Assembly (NCBI GenBank): GCA_964291235.2
Contig: OZ219816.1
Coordinates: 800,001 to 864,000, forward strand
Length of the DNA: 64,000 bases
From: Vicinamibacteria bacterium
GTDB lineage: Bacteria; Acidobacteriota; Vicinamibacteria; Marinacidobacterales; Marinacidobacteraceae
Direction: 5' to 3'
Shown here: positions 58,230 to 64,000 of the stretch, piece by piece
How positions within the stretch are numbered: position 1 is the first letter of the stretch
Layout: the number at the start of each line of letters is the position of its first letter
The notes under the pieces: model-generated
What the model was told of the DNA's origin: nothing
The model's database searches: none
The model's input: the letters and a program-made list of their open reading frames with translations, nothing else
Made by a program: the position numbers and the translations under genes

Positions 58230-60479
58230 GTGAGGCGGCCCGGGGAAGAGGAGCGCCGGTCCTCGGACCGCCGTCGGGGCAGAACCGCGCCGCCCGCTTC
58301 CCGCCGCGGGCGTGCGCGTGGTGCGTTGCCGGCCGCGGTAACCGTGGCCGTGGTCCTGGCGGGCTCGGCGGCCGTGCCGGCGGGCGCCGCAGCGCAGAGT
58401 ACCCCCGCGGAAATTCGCATCGGTCTCGCCGATGCGGCGCCCGCGGCCCGGATCTCGGCGCCCGTTCCGTTCGTGCTGCGGGCCGGGGAGCTCGTGATCG
58501 AGACCTCGGAAGCGCTCGTCGCTCCGGAGACCGGGCCGGGGGAACCCGTCCTGACGCTGGGGTCGTTCGCGAGCGAATCGCGGGCGCGCGCGGTGGCGGA
58601 GGCGTTTCGCGAGGACCGGAGGGACGGCCCCGAGGTTCGCGTGGAGCGCGATCCGGCTACCGGACGGCACTTGGCCGCGCTCGCCTCCGCCCCGGCCACT
58701 GCCGCCGAAGCCGTGCGTTACCGGGCCGCCGGATATCCCGAGGCCGGCGTGTTTCACGTTCCGCGGCCCCTCGGTGAGGCGCTCGTCGTCCGGCCGATCG
58801 GCGGTTCGCCGATTCGCTTCGCCGCCGGCATTTCGCTTACTGCGGAACCGCCCGTGGACGGCTTCCTGGAGTGGGAGGGACAGCCCTACCGCGGTTCCCT
58901 GACCGTGTTCCGCAGCGGTAGCGGGGTCACGGTCGTCAACCGGACGACGCTTGAGGAGTACCTCTACGGCGTGGTGCCGCGGGAGTTGCCGCCCGATCTG
59001 TTCCCGGAGCTCGAAGCCTTGAAGGCACAGGCCCTGGCGGCCCGCACCTACGCGCTCACCCCGCGGGACGCCTATCTCCGGCGTGGCTACGACCTCTGCA
59101 GCGGTCCCGCCTGCCAGGTGTACGGCGGGGTGGCGGCGGAGCGCCCGCTTTCGACGGCGGCCGTCCGCGAGACGGCGGGTGAGGCGCTCTTTTACGACGG
59201 CCGCCTGATTGACGCCCTCTACACCGCCGCCTGCGGCGGGTACACCGAAAACGCCGAGAACGTGTTCTCCAACCCGACTCCCTACCTGGTGGCGCGCGCC
59301 TGCATCCGGGAGGCCGGGGGTGTCCGCGTGCGCTCCGGCGCCGCGGAGGGCCTGCCGCTCGACGCGGCGCTGCTCCGCCTTGCCGGCGCGCTGCCCGCGG
59401 GCTGGAGCGGCGCGGCGCTGGCCGAGTCCGCGACCCGGGACGAAGCCCACCGCGTGCTCGACGCGGCGGTGCGCCGGCTCGGCCTGCCGGCGTGCGATCC
59501 GGGGCCGGGCGCTGGCCTGAACCTCGGCGACTTCGGCCGGCTGGTGGAGGCGGTGCGCTGCCGGGAGCCGGACGGCCTGCTATTCGGGCCGGGACCCGAC
59601 GGGAGCGAGTTGGCCGAGGGCGAACCGGCCGTCGGCAGGCTGCTCGCCGAGGGGCTGCTCGATCCCCGGGAGCTGGGTCTGACCCCCGGCCGGGCGGTCA
59701 GCCGCCGGGAAGTCGTTGGGGTCGCGGCCGCCTTGATGCGGAGGGACGGGCAACTCTTCCGGCGCGGACAGATCCGCGAGGTGGCCGAGCTGGACGGCTG
59801 GGTGCGCATCACGGTTGAAGTGGAAGGCGCCCCCGAGTTTGAGGGGGAGCCGCTGCAGCACCGGCTCGAGGCTCTCGGAAACGAACTCCTGTTCCGCGAG
59901 ATTCGTCCCACCCGGACCCCGGGGCGCGAGGAGCCGGCCCCGCTCTCCGTTCCCGTCGGCGAAGTCCGCCTCCGGGTGGGGGACTTCGTGCGGTACCACG
60001 CGGAGGTGGCGCGTCCCGCAAAGTCCGCGAGGCTCGATCTGCTGATCCTCGAGGACCTCGGCGCCGCCCTGGACCGCTTCTCCAGCCAGCGCTCGTGGTT
60101 CGTGCCGAAGAACAACACCGACCTTTCGGACGCGGTGAACAGGGCGAAACCCATTGGCCGGATCGTCGCCCTCGAGCCGCTGGAGTTCGGAGCCTCCGGA
60201 CGGATCGTCCGGCTGCGGATCGTCGGCACCGACGGGAATCTCGAGGTGCGCGGGCTTCGCATTCGGCGCCTCCTGGGCCTTGCCGAGAACCTGTTCCGGG
60301 CCGAACCCCGGCGGGATGAAGGCGGCGAGGTGGCGGAATGGTGGTTCTCGGGGCGGGGGTGGGGGCACGGCCTCGGCCTCTGCCAGGCGGGGGCCTACGG
60401 CATGGCCGCCGCCGGCGCCGGCTACCGCGAGATCCTGGCCCACTACTACCCGGGAACCGAGATTCGCGCCGTCCCGTGA
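58230..60479 (+). CDS. SpoIID/LytB domain protein with a SPOR-like segment
   Basis: LEEYLYGVVPRE, EALKAQALAARTY, CQVYGG, GWGHGLGLCQAGA, ILAHYYPG. Start approximate. Confidence 0.88.
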   Translation: MRRPGEEERRSSDRRRGRTAPPASRRGRARGALPAAVTVAVVLAGSAAVPAGAAAQSTPAEIRIGLADAAPAARISAPVPFVLRAGELVIETSEALVAPETGPGEPVLTLGSFASESRARAVAEAFREDRRDGPEVRVERDPATGRHLAALASAPATAAEAVRYRAAGYPEAGVFHVPRPLGEALVVRPIGGSPIRFAAGISLTAEPPVDGFLEWEGQPYRGSLTVFRSGSGVTVVNRTTLEEYLYGVVPRELPPDLFPELEALKAQALAARTYALTPRDAYLRRGYDLCSGPACQVYGGVAAERPLSTAAVRETAGEALFYDGRLIDALYTAACGGYTENAENVFSNPTPYLVARACIREAGGVRVRSGAAEGLPLDAALLRLAGALPAGWSGAALAESATRDEAHRVLDAAVRRLGLPACDPGPGAGLNLGDFGRLVEAVRCREPDGLLFGPGPDGSELAEGEPAVGRLLAEGLLDPRELGLTPGRAVSRREVVGVAAALMRRDGQLFRRGQIREVAELDGWVRITVEVEGAPEFEGEPLQHRLEALGNELLFREIRPTRTPGREEPAPLSVPVGEVRLRVGDFVRYHAEVARPAKSARLDLLILEDLGAALDRFSSQRSWFVPKNNTDLSDAVNRAKPIGRIVALEPLEFGASGRIVRLRIVGTDGNLEVRGLRIRRLLGLAENLFRAEPRRDEGGEVAEWWFSGRGWGHGLGLCQAGAYGMAAAGAGYREILAHYYPGTEIRAVP

Positions 60480-60580
60480 GCTCGCGACCTCCGCTCGCGT
60501 TCACCAGCGGACAGTTGCGTGCCGGAGCGGTGGTCGTCTTCGTGCTCTTGCTGATCGCCCTGATGCGCCGCCTTGGGTGA
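60476..60580 (+). CDS. Putative 34-aa single-helix small protein
   Basis: GTGA overlap with the upstream stop and an 8-nt overlap with miaA; AGAVVVFVLLLIALMRR. Confidence 0.5.
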   Translation: MSSRPPLAFTSGQLRAGAVVVFVLLLIALMRRLG

Positions 60581-61580
60581 TTTCTCCGGAAGCGGGCGCC
60601 TGGTGCTGGCGCTCGTCGGTCCCACCGCGAGTGGCAAGTCCGACGTGGCGGTCCGGGTGGCCGCATCGCTCCCCTTTCCGGTGGAGATCGTCTCCTGCGA
60701 CGCTTTCCAGATCTACCGGGCGCTGGACATCGGCTCCGGGAAACCGTCGCCGGAAATGCGGACCCGCCTGCCGCACCACCTTCTCGACACGCTCGATCCG
60801 GACGATCCCTGCACTGCCGGCCGCTATGCGGATCTCGCGGCGTCCGCGGTGCGGGGCATCTGGAGCCGCGGAGCCGTCCCGCTGGTGGTTGGCGGGAGCG
60901 GCCTCTACTTCCGGGCGCTGCGCGACGGGATCTTCGAGGGGCCGGCGCCCGACCCCCGCCTGCGGGCGCGGCTGGACGCGATCCATGAGAGGCCCGGAGG
61001 ACCCCGCTGGTTGGAGAGGCTGCTCGGACGCCTCGACCCCGAGGCGCACCGGCGGATCCATCCGAACGACCGCGTTCGCCGGGTGAGGGCCCTCGAAGTG
61101 GCGCTCGCCGCGGGGGAGCCCATCTCCCGCCTCCAGGCCACCCGTCGGCCGCCGCTGCCGGACGCCACCTGGCGCATCGCGGGCCTCGATCCGCCGCGCC
61201 GCCTGCTCGAGGGGCGGATCGCCCGGCGGGTCCGGGGAATGTTCCAGGACGGGCTGGTGGAAGAGGCCCGCCGTCTTCACCAGAGGTACGCGGACGGCTG
61301 GCCGGGGCGGTTCGCGATCGGGTATCGCGAGGTCCTGGCGCTCCTCGCGGACGGCGTGGGGCCGGACGATCTCACGGCGCGTCTCGCCGATGCCGAAGCC
61401 CGGGTGGTGATCGCCACCCGCCGCTACGCGAAGCGCCAGTGGACCTGGTTCCGCGCGGAAGAGGGCGTGACCTGGGTTCCTTTCGCGGCGGGTGACGCGG
61501 CGGCGCCCGAAGGCGTCTTGCGCGTCTTCCTCCCGGGTGGCATCGCCGGCGTTCCGGTTCCTTCTGCCGGAGCCTCCTAG
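60573..61580 (+). CDS. miaA: tRNA dimethylallyltransferase
   Basis: GPTASGKS, DAFQIYRALDIGSGK, VGGSGLY, IHPND, YAKRQWTWFR. Confidence 0.96.
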   Translation: MGDFSGSGRLVLALVGPTASGKSDVAVRVAASLPFPVEIVSCDAFQIYRALDIGSGKPSPEMRTRLPHHLLDTLDPDDPCTAGRYADLAASAVRGIWSRGAVPLVVGGSGLYFRALRDGIFEGPAPDPRLRARLDAIHERPGGPRWLERLLGRLDPEAHRRIHPNDRVRRVRALEVALAAGEPISRLQATRRPPLPDATWRIAGLDPPRRLLEGRIARRVRGMFQDGLVEEARRLHQRYADGWPGRFAIGYREVLALLADGVGPDDLTARLADAEARVVIATRRYAKRQWTWFRAEEGVTWVPFAAGDAAAPEGVLRVFLPGGIAGVPVPSAGAS

Positions 61581-61595
61581 AATCCCCTCCGTTCC

Positions 61596-62201
61596 GTGCG
61601 CTCCTTTCTCTTGCTTCTCGCCGCGCTCCCGCTTCTGGGTGCGGCTTCCCCCGGGGCGCAGGCGCCCGCGCCGCCTCCCGACCCGGTGGAGGGCGCCGCC
61701 TGGCTGAAGATCTTCGGGATCGTCTCCGGCGCCCCGGATCCGGTGGTTCTGGCGGAGGACGAGGTCAACGCCCTGCTGGGTTCGGCGCAGTTGACCGCGG
61801 TCCTCACCGAGCGGGCCGGCCTGACCGGCGTCACGGCGCGCCTCCTCCCCGACGAGGTGCAGCTTCGCGGAAACATGGCGGTTGCGAAGCTCGCCGCGGC
61901 GCTCGGCCCGCTCGCTCCCCCCTCCGGAAGTCCGCCGCAGCCCGTGGAACTCGTGCTGCGGCTGCGCGATACGGGCGGTTCGGCGGAAGCCACCCTCCTG
62001 CGGGGAACGGTTTCCGGGATGGAGCTGCCGCCCCCGGTCATCGCCGAAGCCCTTTCGGAAGCCCTCCTGGGAGCCTTGACGGCCCAGTTTCCGGACGGGA
62101 GCCAACCCAGCCTCGACGGGACGCCTTTCCCGTTGCCGCGCAGGATTGCGCGCTTCGAAGTGAGGTCCGGAGAAGTCCTGCTCCTGCCGGCCACTCCCTG
62201 A
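61596..62201 (+). CDS. Exported hypothetical protein
   Basis: Signal peptide; fills the gap between miaA and recG; no family recognised. Confidence 0.65.
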   Translation: MRSFLLLLAALPLLGAASPGAQAPAPPPDPVEGAAWLKIFGIVSGAPDPVVLAEDEVNALLGSAQLTAVLTERAGLTGVTARLLPDEVQLRGNMAVAKLAAALGPLAPPSGSPPQPVELVLRLRDTGGSAEATLLRGTVSGMELPPPVIAEALSEALLGALTAQFPDGSQPSLDGTPFPLPRRIARFEVRSGEVLLLPATP

Positions 62202-62227
62202 CCGGAGTTCCGCGGGAAAACGCGACC

Positions 62228-64000
62228 TTGCCCGGAATCACCCCGGACACCGAGGTCCGTTTCCTTCCGGGCGTGGGGCCGCGGCGGGCGGCGGCGCTCG
62301 GCGAGATCGGGGTCTTCCGGGCCTCCGACCTGCTCCTGCGGTTGCCGTTTCGCTATGAAGACCGCAGCGAGCACCGCCCGGCGGCCGAACTGGCGGACGG
62401 TGAATCGGCGGCCGCCGAAGTGCTCGTCGGGTCGCTCAGCGTCCGCCCCACGCGGCGGCGGAACCTGCGCATCGTCGAGCTGCGGGGCCACGACGCGAGC
62501 GGCCCGGTGAAGGCGACCTGGTTCAACCAGGTACACCTCAAGCAGATCCTGAAACCGGGGCAGCGGGTGCTCCTCTACGGGAAGGTGCGCCGTCCGTTCG
62601 CCGGCGCGGTTCCCGAGTTTGCGAATCCGGGATACGAACTCGTTTCCGGCGACCGGGATCCGACCCCCCCGGAGCCCGGCGCGGGCGGGGTGCTCCCGCC
62701 TTCCGAAGTGGCCTCCGGGGACGCCGCGGCCGGCGCGCACGCCGGGCGCATCGTGCCCATCTACGAGCGGGTCGGTTCGCTCACCCCGCGGCTCCTCCGC
62801 ACCACCCTGCACCGGTTGCTGGAAAACGGCGACGCGGTGGGGCCCGGCCAGCTTCCCGAGGAGCTGGTGTCGCGGATGGGGCTGCCCTCCCGGCGGCGGG
62901 CGCTCGAAGAGGTCCATTTTCCGCCGGACGGCGCCTCACTGGCCGAGTTCGACCGCAAGCGCTCTCCGGCCCACCAGCGGCTCATTCTGGAGGAGTTCTT
63001 CGTCTTTGCCCTGGGGCTCCAGCTGCGGCGCCGTCAGGACCGCGTCGGGCGGCCCGGAGGGCACCGGTTCACGGTGGACGATGAACTCCGGGACCTGGTC
63101 CGCAAGGTTCTCCCTTTCCGTCTCACGCGTTCCCAGCGGGGAGCGCTCGCCACCATCGCCGACGAGTTCCAGTCCCCGCTGGCCATGCGGCGGCTTCTCC
63201 AGGGGGATGTCGGATCCGGCAAGACGATCGTCGCGGTCATCGCGGCGCTCATCGTCATCCACCACGGGGCCCAGGCGGCGCTCATGGCCCCCACCGAGGT
63301 TCTTGCGGAGCAGCACTTCGCGACCATCCGAAAGCTTCTGGAGCCGCACCGCATTCGGGTGGTGCTGCTCACCGCCGGACTCGGCGCTGCCGAGCGCCGG
63401 GACGCGCTGCAGGCCGTCGCGAGCGGCTGGGCCCAGTTGGTCGTCGGCACGCACTCGCTGATCCAGGAGGGCGCCCGGTTCCGGGATCTCGGGTTCGCGA
63501 TCGTGGACGAGCAGCACCGCTTCGGGGTCGCGCAGCGGCGCACCCTCGTCGAGCGGGGCGGGGGCGCCGATCTGCTGGTGATGACGGCCACTCCGATTCC
63601 GCGCACCCTGACGATGGCGCTGCACGGGGACCTCGATCTGTCGGAGCTTCGCGAGCTGCCTCCGGGCCGGCAGCCGGTGAGCACCCTCGTCCGGGATGCC
63701 AGCGGGCTCCCGGAGGTGTACGCGCGGGTGCGGGAAGAGGTCGGGAAGGGCCGGCAGGCGTTTTATGTCTGTCCCCTGATCGAGGAATCGGAGGAACTGC
63801 CGGGCGCCGGGGTTGAAGCCCGCTTTCGGGAGCTTTCCGGCGGACCGTTTCGGGATCTGCGCGTGGACTTCGTGCACGGCCGCGTTCCGGCGGCGCGCCG
63901 GGAGCAGGTGATGAACGCCTTCGCGGCGGGGGAACTCGACGTGCTGGTCGCCACCACGGTGATCGAGGTGGGGGTGGACGTCCCGAACGCCGCCGTGATG
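62228..64000 (+). CDS. recG: ATP-dependent DNA helicase RecG, runs off the window edge
   Basis: Not in the ORF track. Hand translation from TTG 62228: LPGVGPRR, PFRYEDRS, LLQGDVGSGKT, MAPTEVLAEQH, DEQHRFGV, MTATPIPRTL, TTVIEVGVDVPNA. Confidence 0.97.
   Translation, partial: MPGITPDTEVRFLPGVGPRRAAALGEIGVFRASDLLLRLPFRYEDRSEHRPAAELADGESAAAEVLVGSLSVRPTRRRNLRIVELRGHDASGPVKATWFNQVHLKQILKPGQRVLLYGKVRRPFAGAVPEFANPGYELVSGDRDPTPPEPGAGGVLPPSEVASGDAAAGAHAGRIVPIYERVGSLTPRLLRTTLHRLLENGDAVGPGQLPEELVSRMGLPSRRRALEEVHFPPDGASLAEFDRKRSPAHQRLILEEFFVFALGLQLRRRQDRVGRPGGHRFTVDDELRDLVRKVLPFRLTRSQRGALATIADEFQSPLAMRRLLQGDVGSGKTIVAVIAALIVIHHGAQAALMAPTEVLAEQHFATIRKLLEPHRIRVVLLTAGLGAAERRDALQAVASGWAQLVVGTHSLIQEGARFRDLGFAIVDEQHRFGVAQRRTLVERGGGADLLVMTATPIPRTLTMALHGDLDLSELRELPPGRQPVSTLVRDASGLPEVYARVREEVGKGRQAFYVCPLIEESEELPGAGVEARFRELSGGPFRDLRVDFVHGRVPAARREQVMNAFAAGELDVLVATTVIEVGVDVPNAAVM

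Noticed and set aside
27-64000. Many long antisense or alternate-frame ORFs (e.g. 12225-14543, 17436-20024, 50918-53479, 53203-55902)
   Set aside because: They overlap well-supported genes, are Arg/Pro/Gly-rich or mirror the sense codons, and are expected at this GC content.

Overview
Very GC-rich bacterial chromosomal window, probably from a diderm of the Acidobacteriota (inferred from lolCE-lolD-clpC-bamA-skp synteny, a DUF6677-type gene pair, two TonB-type proteins and a SpoIID/SPOR protein). About 29-64 kb is mostly housekeeping: acyl-CoA dehydrogenase, fused 2-oxoacid dehydrogenase E1, ferredoxin/ispH, uvrB, purine salvage, thiolase/crotonase, ribH-nusB-lysS, lol, clpC, bamA, skp, fabZ-like, miaA, recG. 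The best candidate for an undescribed system is the island at about 1.9-17.3 kb. It holds a single-enzyme-type squalene synthase lying in frame behind an MpaB/Lcp-like (prenyl-cleaving heme oxygenase family) gene, two paralogous FAD amine-oxidase-family oxidoreductases, and two AcrB-type RND permeases with one MFP and one outer-membrane factor. This looks like an isoprenoid build-modify-export cluster. Its intergenic spacers are collages of short decayed pieces of the cluster's own genes, which records repeated tandem amplification and collapse; one such relic is duplicated in front of two genes and keeps an identical 15-mer. Other points of note: two families of small non-autonomous repeats that share a module, a MITE between a putative promoter and the RBS of a tonB-like gene, an NCS2 permease with an RsbW-like tail, a His/Met-loop membrane protein, a phhB-aromatic amino acid decarboxylase pair, and a ferredoxin/ispH pair only 25 bp apart with overlapping -10 boxes. 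No rRNA, tRNA, CRISPR array or transposase was seen. All calls were made by eye without database searches, and several start codons were moved from the ORF track.
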